Part shown: piece by piece, positions 7,884-16,531 of the stretch | How positions within the stretch are numbered: position 1 is the first letter of the stretch | How the letters are laid out: every line of letters starts with the position of its first letter | Assembly: GCA_019056785.1 (NCBI GenBank) | Contig: DXJV01000035.1 | Coordinates: 1 to 20,630 of the forward strand | Reading direction: 5' to 3' | Length of the DNA stretch: 20,630 nt | Source: Candidatus Heimdallarchaeota archaeon | Lineage (GTDB): Archaea > Asgardarchaeota > Heimdallarchaeia > JABLTI01 | The notes under the pieces: generated by a model | What the model was told of the DNA's origin: nothing | Database searches by the model: none | The model's input: only the letters and a program-made list of their open reading frames with translations | Position numbers and translations under genes: made by a program

Positions 7884-8732
7884 TTGAAAGGAAAAATCTG
7901 TCTTGTTACCGGTGGGACTTCTGGTATCGGTTTAGAAATTGCCACTGGACTGGTGGAGCAAGGAGCAACAGTTATTATCACAGGAAGAAATGAGGAATTA
8001 GGTGTACAAATTGTCAAAGATTTGCAATCCAAGACGAAAAATGGATTCATCGAATTGATGGTCGCGGACTTTGCAAGGCAAAAAGAAGTTCGAAAATTGG
8101 CTAAACGCATTAAACAGCGCTATGATCACTTGAATGTTCTAATTAACAATGCCGGTTTATATCAACCAACTTTTACTTTGATGGAAGATGGTATTGAACA
8201 AACTTTTGCTGTTAATTACATAGCTCCTTTTCTTTTAACCCATGAATTACTCAAGTTGTTACAAAAAGGACATCCGAGCAGAATCATTAATATGAGTTCT
8301 TCATTCCATTGGAAAGGCTTTTTAGATTTTGAGGATTTGAATCTTTCAAAAAATAAATACTCTGGTATGCAAGCCTATATGAATTCTAAATTGGCCTTAA
8401 TTTTGTTTACTTACTATCTGGCTAAAAAAGTAGAACGTAGGGGTATTACTGTTAATGCCGTCCATCCCGGGATTGTGAAAACAAATCTCCCACGAAGTCG
8501 GAAGTTTTATTCCTTTCTCTTAAAAATCAATCCCTTCTTTATCTCTGCAAAGAAAGGTGCCGAAACACCACTTTATTTAGCATCTGCAAAAGAAGTGGAA
8601 AACATCACTGGCAAATATTTCGTACGTAAAAAAGTTCGCAAAACGAAAAAAATCACCTATGATGTTAATGTACAGAAACAGCTGTGGGATGTAAGTTTGA
8701 AATTAGCCAAAATCAAAAAGCCAAAAGTTTGA
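7884..8732 (+). CDS. Short-chain dehydrogenase/reductase (retinol dehydrogenase-like subfamily)
   Basis: TGGTSGIG, NNAG, FAVNY, YMNSK (YxxxK), VHPGIVKT, GKYF, LW. Confidence 0.92.
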   Translation: MKGKICLVTGGTSGIGLEIATGLVEQGATVIITGRNEELGVQIVKDLQSKTKNGFIELMVADFARQKEVRKLAKRIKQRYDHLNVLINNAGLYQPTFTLMEDGIEQTFAVNYIAPFLLTHELLKLLQKGHPSRIINMSSSFHWKGFLDFEDLNLSKNKYSGMQAYMNSKLALILFTYYLAKKVERRGITVNAVHPGIVKTNLPRSRKFYSFLLKINPFFISAKKGAETPLYLASAKEVENITGKYFVRKKVRKTKKITYDVNVQKQLWDVSLKLAKIKKPKV

Positions 8733-9040
8733 CGATCCAAGTTTTTGTTAACCTCTATTGCCTTTTTCCTTTTTTTTACTTCTTCCCTTCTAGTTACAAA
8801 AAGTGCTATCTGTTTCATTCATTTACTAACTTGCAATTTTTCCTCTAAAGGTAAAAAAAAGCAAAGAAGAACCTTTCAAGCACTCAAACGAGATGGTTAG
8901 CTCCCTCTTCTTTACTCAAAAGTTAGTTATTAGCAATAGAATTTTAAAAAGCAAACCAGATTCTAGCCCCAGACTGTTTATACTGATTAACAGCTCTAAC
9001 CTATTTCCAACTATTCAATCAATTTGGAGTAATACTAACT

Positions 9041-9928
9041 ATGAAAGAACTAGCAATAGTAACAGATGGCGTTTGTGACCTTACAAACGAAATAATCGAA
9101 AAATATGGAATTGAAACCATTCCTTACCGTATTCTTTTTGGGCAAGAAACCTATCGCGTTTGGCACAACGATAAATTTACTATCAGCCTGGAAGAATTCT
9201 GTTCGAAGCTTGCAACAACCTCAAAAGAGACTCTCCCCAGAACTTCTCTCCCTTCACCGGCGGAGTTTAAGCAGGCTTTTGATGAAGCCCTTAAAAGCGC
9301 TCAAAATGTTATTGCAGTCCTTCTTACTTCAGGAATGTCTGGTGCCGTTCAAACAGCCCAAATGGTCGTCAAAAATTTCTACAATAATGGCAATGTCACT
9401 ATTTTCGATTCTCAGCAAACGATGACGGGAACCGGCATCCAAGCTTTGGAAGCAGCTAAAATGGTTGCAGATGGTAAGAGTAAAAGTGAGATTTTAAATC
9501 GTTTGGAAGCCCTTCAACTAAGGGTTCGTACTCTCTTGGTGATGAATGACCTAGATTATCTCGAGAAACAAGGACGTCTGGGTCCCATTGAGAACATCCG
9601 TAAAAAGAATCCCGATCTTATTCCTGCAATTCATATGAAAGATGGCATATTACATCCATTGACCATTTTCCAAAATGAGGATGACTTGATTACCAGATTT
9701 GAAAATTTTGCAAAGAAAATTGCACAGCAGAATGAAACCGGTGATATCTTTCTCACACATATTAATCATCAAAAAGTAACCAAAATTATTTACGATATTC
9801 TTGTTGATTCAGCTCTTGATGGAACAACTATCTACTATTATCCTGCTAGCGCTATTCTCGGTGTTTATTCAGGCCCCCATTCCATTGGTCTAAGTTATAT
9901 TGGGAATTTTGATAGTAGCTGGTTGTAG
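9041..9928 (+). CDS. DegV/FakB family fatty-acid-binding protein
   Basis: AIVTDGVCDL, PRTSLPS, LTSGMSG, IFDSQ, LDYLEKQGRL, ILGVYSGP. Confidence 0.9.
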   Translation: MKELAIVTDGVCDLTNEIIEKYGIETIPYRILFGQETYRVWHNDKFTISLEEFCSKLATTSKETLPRTSLPSPAEFKQAFDEALKSAQNVIAVLLTSGMSGAVQTAQMVVKNFYNNGNVTIFDSQQTMTGTGIQALEAAKMVADGKSKSEILNRLEALQLRVRTLLVMNDLDYLEKQGRLGPIENIRKKNPDLIPAIHMKDGILHPLTIFQNEDDLITRFENFAKKIAQQNETGDIFLTHINHQKVTKIIYDILVDSALDGTTIYYYPASAILGVYSGPHSIGLSYIGNFDSSWL

Positions 9929-9957
9929 ATTTTTTCCCTCTACAATCTCTTTTTTTT

Positions 9958-10683
9958 TTAATTTTTGAATTTCTGTTCGCCTTTCTCAGCGATTTTCCAT
10001 GCAGCTGATTTGCTTTTCAACTTAATAGTATGGAGCATTCGAACAACCAATCCTAGTCCAAGGATAAAAATACTTAATGCTGCTTTTAATTGGAGAAAAG
10101 TTTCATTTAGAATTAAGGGGTTTTGCGGTAAGAAGTTCCATGGCGGTACAAAAGGGATTAGTGCCATTGCAATCACATCTAGCAATGCTACGATAAAAGA
10201 TGCTATTCTAACTGTAAATTTCTTTGATGCCATCAATAATGTTATCAAAATGACATGAATCAGGAATACCAAAGGATTGAGATAAATCAAAACCCCCATA
10301 AACACCCCTAATCCTTGTCCACCATTAAATTTTAGGAAGACAGAGTAGCTGTGACCAATAGCACAAAAGAGTGGTCCGAGTAAACATACAAAGGTATGCC
10401 AGAAATTGTTTGGCCCTTGAGAGCTAAAATGCTCGAGCGAAAAAATGTGATCTATAAGAGCTATAACGACTGTTCCTTTGAAGAAGTCGAGTAGCATTAT
10501 TGGAACGCCTAGCAGCATACCATAAGTTAAGATAGCATTCATCCCGCCGGGATTCCCTACATTATGTTTACGTAAGTCAATTCCTTTGGCAAGTTTTCCC
10601 AGCCAGATTGAAAAGGGAATTGACCCTATAACATAGGAACCCATTAATGCCAATATCATCCATAAATAATCTATTACTGCCAT
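9958..10683 (-). CDS. plsY: PlsY-family glycerol-3-phosphate acyltransferase-like membrane protein (divergent)
   Basis: SYVIGSIPF, DLRK..VGNPGGMN, LDFFKG, IGHSYSVFLKFNGGQG. Probable start is MAVIDYL at 10683 (the ORF extends to 10770). Confidence 0.8.
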   Translation of the reverse strand: MAVIDYLWMILALMGSYVIGSIPFSIWLGKLAKGIDLRKHNVGNPGGMNAILTYGMLLGVPIMLLDFFKGTVVIALIDHIFSLEHFSSQGPNNFWHTFVCLLGPLFCAIGHSYSVFLKFNGGQGLGVFMGVLIYLNPLVFLIHVILITLLMASKKFTVRIASFIVALLDVIAMALIPFVPPWNFLPQNPLILNETFLQLKAALSIFILGLGLVVRMLHTIKLKSKSAAWKIAEKGEQKFKN

Positions 10684-10800
10684 AATTTTCACATCGATGG
10701 AAATTGATAGGAATATTATTTTTATTCGAAAAAACAGTTCTTCCTTCTTAATTCTTTTGTAGTTAATCAATATTTGAGAAAGAAAATTGTTGTGTTTGCT

Positions 10801-12012
10801 CTAATTGAAATCGATTGTGCTGGTATCCAAACTCGACTCTGTTTGTTCTAAAGTTTCTGTTTGTTCTTTCTCCAAATTTACTTTCTGAGCTACCATTTCT
10901 TTTTGTTGAAGACCAATTTTATATGTGAGGTCGATAGGAATTTTCTTTGGGAGGCCATAGGGCAAGAACTTCGAAACTAGTTTGGAGACTTCCTCATAAT
11001 TCATTTTTTCGTCGAAATTTTCCATGATGTTTCGTAAACCTCGATGGATTTGAATTGTTGGGTATTTACAGCAGATGAAACCACTAAAATTACTTTTTTT
11101 CACAAGAATTAATGAATAATCCCCTAAATCGATTTCCTTTGGGAAGACTTCCTCTCCTACAATTTCTGAGCCAAAAGCAGCAATGGCAGTTGCTACTCCT
11201 GAGACGAGATGTTCATTTATGTAATGTGGCGAAGATAAAAATCCTTGATAAAGGTTTAAACCATGTTTATTATAGATGTTTATTGAAATAACTATTGATG
11301 ATCCATACAAAGCCTTTTTTTTGCCGGTAACCATACCAATTGTTAAGAGGATAAGCCCTACACTTGCAGCAATTAATTCAGCATGTAAAAAGCTTTTTCC
11401 AAAGAATTTGAAATATCTCATAGCATAAAATATTATGCTGAAATAAAAACCAATAATCACTCCTGCAATCATAATGCGTGTCCCAAGACGATATTCTTTT
11501 CCAATTAATTTATGCTGGCGGATCAAATGGACTAAGAACAAGCTTCCAGAAAGAAGCACACCTCCTGCCAAGCAGACTATCCAACCAATGTTTGCATGAA
11601 GTTTGCTAAATTCCAAATTGGAATCGTATGTGACATACACTGCCTTTGTTGAGAGTGTTAAAGCAATTACTCCTCCAACGAACGCACAAATAATATACAC
11701 CATAAATTGTTTTATTTTTTCTTGATATGTTAATGAATTAATAAACAAGCCACTAAATACCATAGCCAATGCAATAGTTATTGTTGAGCTTATTGCGAAA
11801 TAATATGGTGTGGAATATGGGCCATCTGATGGTTTACTGGTAATGACTTGTAATAGGTCTGAAATAATCCAAAGGGACACTAGTAATTCCATTAAAAAGA
11901 AAAATAGCACCGCAGTATTTTTCAAGCTCCATTGCTTCGCGAAAATAATGCTCATGCTAGTAAGAATTATTACAAGTGAAATCCCGCTGTAGATTATAGA
12001 CAAATAATTCAT
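10801..12012 (-). CDS. 7-TM membrane protein with C-terminal longin/roadblock-like domain (paralog A)
   Basis: Seven hydrophobic segments in aa 1-230, then the soluble SINIYNKHGLNLY...HLVSGVATAIAAFGSEIVG...EIDLGDYSLILVK pattern. Clearly paralogous to 13672-14769. Confidence 0.65.
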   Translation of the reverse strand: MNYLSIIYSGISLVIILTSMSIIFAKQWSLKNTAVLFFFLMELLVSLWIISDLLQVITSKPSDGPYSTPYYFAISSTITIALAMVFSGLFINSLTYQEKIKQFMVYIICAFVGGVIALTLSTKAVYVTYDSNLEFSKLHANIGWIVCLAGGVLLSGSLFLVHLIRQHKLIGKEYRLGTRIMIAGVIIGFYFSIIFYAMRYFKFFGKSFLHAELIAASVGLILLTIGMVTGKKKALYGSSIVISINIYNKHGLNLYQGFLSSPHYINEHLVSGVATAIAAFGSEIVGEEVFPKEIDLGDYSLILVKKSNFSGFICCKYPTIQIHRGLRNIMENFDEKMNYEEVSKLVSKFLPYGLPKKIPIDLTYKIGLQQKEMVAQKVNLEKEQTETLEQTESSLDTSTIDFN

Positions 12013-12171
12013 AAAAGAATCTTCACCTTTTCAATTATATAATTTCCTCTTTGGCTCAAATCGATAAAAATGCCTTTTGCTCTGGTTCTTTTGATTTGTC
12101 TATTTGGTGAAAAGGGAAGCTTAAAATGGCGTTATAGTACATGTATATTCATACCATTTAGGTTGAAACCT

Positions 12172-13068
12172 ATGACTGATATTAGAAAAATAGTTCAAGA
12201 AAGCCTTTTTGAGCTTGATAAAGAAAGTTGTTTCATAATTTTGTTAACCCTTGTAATGCTTACCTATTTAGAGGAACCTTTGAATAGAGCGCGGTTCTTC
12301 AATTATAATAAGAAATTAGAGTTATATTTTGACTCGAAAGACATCAATCGTTTTACTCGAGTGAAAGAATTGTCACATATCATTGCCAACCAATTGAAAT
12401 TAGCAAAGGTGCAAGGTTTTGAACGTTTTCTGCAGCTTCTCGTTGAAAAGAACTTGGTGATAAGGGAGAGGGAAGAGCCAGTAGAGGGAATGGCCTGGAA
12501 GGGTTTTGGTGGGGTGCATTCACATTATTCCATAAGTGAGCTTGGAAAAGCGTTCCTTGTCTTACAAACAGCTTTAAGATGTAAAAGCATTAATATCGGT
12601 ACTGTGCAGATAACAAGTGATTGGGATGAAGTTTTAGAGGCTCAAATTGCTCTCATTGTTCAAGCATTTGTCCAAAAACGGCTGGTGCTGGAAAAGCTTC
12701 CAGACATTTTCAGTACCCGACGACCGGCTACAAGTTTTATCACTCAACTTATCTTCGAATTTGTTGCTGGGGCTTCTAAGGCTGTTACTCATGAACAGAT
12801 TCGAAAATTCATTTGGGACAAAGCCGGAGAAATACATATTGGTGAAATTCCTGAAGCACTTGAACGTTTACAGCCTTTGCTTACGCTGTCTAAGACCACT
12901 GTCAGTTTGAATTCAAAAGGACGAAAAGTTCGTGCTGGGTATGCCACTTTTATCATTGAAGTTGCAATTGCTGTTGATGATATGGAAATTGTACAATCTC
13001 TCTATTCTGCTGACAATTTTAGCAAAAGCTCGCAAGAGATCCTAAAACAATTCTCACTCTGGCTGTAA
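12172..13068 (+). CDS. Hypothetical protein, possibly tandem winged-helix DNA-binding
   Basis: Probable start MTDIRK at 12172 after aggttga (ORF extends to 12070). Two wHTH-like endings: LLVEKNLV...YSISELGKAFL and LERLQPLL...VSLNSKGRKV. Confidence 0.55.
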   Translation: MTDIRKIVQESLFELDKESCFIILLTLVMLTYLEEPLNRARFFNYNKKLELYFDSKDINRFTRVKELSHIIANQLKLAKVQGFERFLQLLVEKNLVIREREEPVEGMAWKGFGGVHSHYSISELGKAFLVLQTALRCKSINIGTVQITSDWDEVLEAQIALIVQAFVQKRLVLEKLPDIFSTRRPATSFITQLIFEFVAGASKAVTHEQIRKFIWDKAGEIHIGEIPEALERLQPLLTLSKTTVSLNSKGRKVRAGYATFIIEVAIAVDDMEIVQSLYSADNFSKSSQEILKQFSLWL

Positions 13069-13106
13069 CAAAAAGTCTCGAGAAAAATTACCCTTTGCCA
13101 GGTTCT

Positions 13107-13514
13107 TTACAGAAATTGCTTGTAATCGACTGCCAGTGCAGCGCCGGCTTTAATGATTCGCTCTTTAATTGTCTCCAGTTCAGTCAAGCTTTTAGAAATA
13201 TCTACAACTACAAACCATTCGGCTGATTGCCCTCTTCGTAATGTTTGCGATTGGCTCGAGAGAAGGTCGATCCTATTTTCGGCAAGAATAGATGCTGCTT
13301 TTGCCAGTGAGCCAGGTTTGTCGGTTAAAGTGATTTTTATTTCATATAATTCTGCTTCCGGGTCAGCAAATGGAATTATCCGAATCTCTCGTTTCTCGAG
13401 GTCACCAATAAGCATTACATGCATTCCCTCTGCTATTCCGAGGGTTTCCCGAAGGGAGGTTGTCAGGGTTACTCTTCCCCGGTTGTCGACCCGAACGATG
13501 TCTACTATACGCAT
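13107..13514 (-). CDS. AbrB/MazE-type DNA-binding domain plus ACT domain regulator
   Basis: VRVDNRGRVTLTTSLRETLGIAEG (AbrB) followed by ITLTDKPGSLAKAASILAENRIDLL (ACT). Confidence 0.88.
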   Translation of the reverse strand: MRIVDIVRVDNRGRVTLTTSLRETLGIAEGMHVMLIGDLEKREIRIIPFADPEAELYEIKITLTDKPGSLAKAASILAENRIDLLSSQSQTLRRGQSAEWFVVVDISKSLTELETIKERIIKAGAALAVDYKQFL

Positions 13515-13671
13515 TTTTTTAGTCGTCCTTAGTAATTCTCAGTTATATTTCAACTTCCAACTATTTAAAAAAGCTCTCGCTCTAAAGGAGAGAAAAAAAG
13601 TTCTGCTTAAGTGGGCACTGGAGCGTCTTAACCTGTGTTTCTAAAGGTGATCAGATGGACCGGCTTTAACT

Positions 13672-14769
13672 TTAACCAATTATTGCAGACCCTTCATAGG
13701 TGGAATCTGCTTGCGGTGGGCCGTAGGGGAGAAAATTATCGATTAGTTTCACTATTTCTTTGAATGTCATCTCAGGTTTGTAATTCTTCATAATCCTCCG
13801 AAGGCCAGTATGGATCTGATAAGAAGGATATTTACAAGCAATAAATCCAACAAATTTCCCTTCTTTCACGAGAATAAGAGAATAATCTCCAAGATCGATT
13901 TCCCGTGGAAATACTTCCTCACCAATTATTTCCGAAGCAAAAGTGGCAATTGCTGACGCAACACCCGCGACTAAATGTTGATTCATCGAATGGCGTCTAA
14001 TAAAGAATCCTTGAAAACGATTAATGCCGGTATCATCGTAAATGTTGATTGAAATTACTCGCGAGGTTCCATACAAAGCAGTTTTGCCACCGATGAGCAT
14101 TCCAACGGTAATTAAAAATGTCCCTATACTTGTCGAAACCAATTCAAGGTGCAAGAACAGCTTCACATGCGTTAAATATCTGACAGCATAGAGAACGATA
14201 CTCCCGTAAAAGGCAATTACGACGCCTGCAAGGATAAAATTAATGCTTAATTTGTGTTTCTGTGTGATAATGCGTTTTTGTCGGATGACGTGCCACATTA
14301 AGAACGACCCGGCTAAAATTACTCCCCCAGCAAGACATACTAACCATACAAGATTTGCTGACGATTTCGAGATATCTAAGGTGCTATCATATGTTACTTT
14401 AAAAACATCACGTGAGAGAGTAACAGCTATTACTCCGCCTATAAGTGAAAAGATAAAGAGTAGAGCAGTTTGTTTTAATGGTATTTCCCCACTTAACGAA
14501 CTCGCAAAAAGACCCGTTGAAATCATTGCCAATCCATTCGAAATGATTCCAATCGTAATGAAAATTGTCGGTAATGTTTGATCAGCTGGGTTGCTGAAAA
14601 TCACCTGAAGTAACCCACAAATAACCCAAATGGCAATAAACCCTTCCAGACCCAGAAAATAGAAAACAGGAGGGGATTTTAGACTCCATTGTTTAATAAC
14701 CAAAGTAATTATACTTACCAACAATAATGCAAGAGAGATTGAGCTATAGATTATTGATAAGATATTCAT
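13672..14769 (-). CDS. 7-TM membrane protein with C-terminal longin/roadblock-like domain (paralog B)
   Basis: Seven hydrophobic segments, then SINIYDDTGINRF...HLVAGVASAIATFASEIIG...EIDLGDYSLILVK. Colinear with 10801-12012. Confidence 0.65.
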   Translation of the reverse strand: MNILSIIYSSISLALLLVSIITLVIKQWSLKSPPVFYFLGLEGFIAIWVICGLLQVIFSNPADQTLPTIFITIGIISNGLAMISTGLFASSLSGEIPLKQTALLFIFSLIGGVIAVTLSRDVFKVTYDSTLDISKSSANLVWLVCLAGGVILAGSFLMWHVIRQKRIITQKHKLSINFILAGVVIAFYGSIVLYAVRYLTHVKLFLHLELVSTSIGTFLITVGMLIGGKTALYGTSRVISINIYDDTGINRFQGFFIRRHSMNQHLVAGVASAIATFASEIIGEEVFPREIDLGDYSLILVKEGKFVGFIACKYPSYQIHTGLRRIMKNYKPEMTFKEIVKLIDNFLPYGPPQADSTYEGSAIIG

Positions 14770-15281
14770 AACAGAATATCGGCGATTCTAAATAAATAAT
14801 TTGTTCTTTGAGGCAAAGCGTGAGTAACAACGATTTCCTTTTAGAGTCTCGAGGAAGTAGGAACATAGATGCAAGAGATATAGTGGCAAAACTCAAGCGC
14901 ATAGCATCATCTTAGAATTGAAGTGAAATATTGAGCAAGGGCAACTTTATTCTGACTTATTTAATTATTTATGTTGAAATTGCAGTCAAAATTGAGCGGT
15001 TAATAGTTCATTTGAATTATAATTAATTTGGGACAGGGGCAGAATCGCCCCCGTCACAGGAAAAGGGAGTTATTTTATTGGGGAGAGAGAGGTTTTATGG
15101 GATTCGGAGAGCAACAATAAAAAGAAGTCTTATAATTGCTCTCCAATAGAATATCTCTTTATACCTTTATAAATACTTAACAGTTTAGAAACAAAGGTTT
15201 CCATGGTAATTAAACTATAGTTTTTAGCTGTGTTTTTTTATATCTTAAGTGTTCCACCAAAATAAAAAAGGCATTTCTATT

Positions 15282-15923
15282 TCAATCAATTTCCTTTTGG
15301 ACAACTTCACCGTTTGGTTCTTTTTCCTGAAAAATAATCCCTGAAAATCGCTGGATTTCTGTTTGTAAATCTTTCCAGCAATCTTTAGGCAACCAAGCTT
15401 TCTGGCAAGTATGTTCGAGAAATTCTTTAACATTCCATTTCCATTCTACCGGCACTTGTGGGAGTAGGAGTCCACTTGCTCCCCCACGTCTGATAATAAG
15501 TCCATCTCTCCCAATTTTTATTTTCTCAAGGTATTCTTCTGGTCTCTGAACCTCGAGGCGTTTAGGTGGTGTGAGAATAGTTACTTCCACAACAATTTCT
15601 TTTAGTTCTTCTATCTCAACTGCCGGAAAGCGTGGATCATTTACTGCGGCACTTTTTGCTGCTTCAATTGTTGCTTCGATAAGCGGGTAAACAGGTAATG
15701 GAAAACCAATACATCCTCGTAATTCTTTTTGCCCATTTTTTCTGACTTTATTTAATGTAACAAACACACCTGATTTTTGTAATAACTTCTGGGAAGGGTC
15801 TGTGGGTGTTTTTAGGATTTTCTGGAACGTTAAATAGTGTACAATTGATTTTCTTGCAAGCGAAACCAAATACTCTCCATCCTCAAGTGAATAAACCGGC
15901 TCATCATCCTTACTTTGATTCAT
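15282..15923 (-). CDS. AMMECR1-domain protein
   Basis: LARKSI, GVFVTL, LRGCIG, AAVNDPRF, EVTILT, GRDGL, GLLLPQV, CQKA. Confidence 0.93.
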   Translation of the reverse strand: MNQSKDDEPVYSLEDGEYLVSLARKSIVHYLTFQKILKTPTDPSQKLLQKSGVFVTLNKVRKNGQKELRGCIGFPLPVYPLIEATIEAAKSAAVNDPRFPAVEIEELKEIVVEVTILTPPKRLEVQRPEEYLEKIKIGRDGLIIRRGGASGLLLPQVPVEWKWNVKEFLEHTCQKAWLPKDCWKDLQTEIQRFSGIIFQEKEPNGEVVQKEID

Positions 15924-15989
15924 TTTTTTTATTACCTCTTGAAAAGTTTATTTTACATTAAGTGATTTCCCAACTTTTATCTTTTAATT

Positions 15990-16484
15990 TTAGGTGTCTT
16001 TTTCTATGTTTAAAGATTTCCTACAAAATTCCAGCATTTGTGCCATTTCTTTCCAATGTGGCCCTTTCCAGTAGATTTGTCGGCAATTTGGATTTTTACA
16101 TTGCCAGAATTTAGTATAGGTCGCTCTCGTTTGCGGTTTAAGTTGGTCGGTAATTTTCCGTTTGGATACAACTTTAATGGGTGCATTACAAACAGTGCAT
16201 CTTGGCAAGCTTCTCGTTGGCAAGTGTAATTTTATACCTGTAAATTGATGCAAAAGAATCAATCGTTCTTCGATGGTTGGGGCATCTACTGTGATCGTCA
16301 ATATTCCTGCTTTCTTTGCTTTTTGTTTAAGGTTTTCATCTCGAGTTATAAGAATGCGTTTTTCTTTAGCTGCTCGTAGTAAATAGTCTTCATCTGTAAA
16401 ATCTTGGTCGAAAAGCGTATCGTATCCTAAAATTCTCAGCCATTTTGCCAAACGATAATACATCCGGTCAACAATGAATTTCAT
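15990..16484 (-). CDS. Mut7-C RNase (PIN-like plus Zn ribbon) domain protein
   Basis: MKFIVDRMYYRLAKWLRILGYDT, RILITRD, RCTVCN, CxxxxC.QIYWKGPH. Start at MKF (16484) is more likely than 16514. Confidence 0.88.
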   Translation of the reverse strand: MKFIVDRMYYRLAKWLRILGYDTLFDQDFTDEDYLLRAAKEKRILITRDENLKQKAKKAGILTITVDAPTIEERLILLHQFTGIKLHLPTRSLPRCTVCNAPIKVVSKRKITDQLKPQTRATYTKFWQCKNPNCRQIYWKGPHWKEMAQMLEFCRKSLNIEKDT

Positions 16485-16531
16485 ATTCCGTTTGTTCTTT
16501 TTCCTCGCGAGCAAAGCATTCCTCGACCTTT

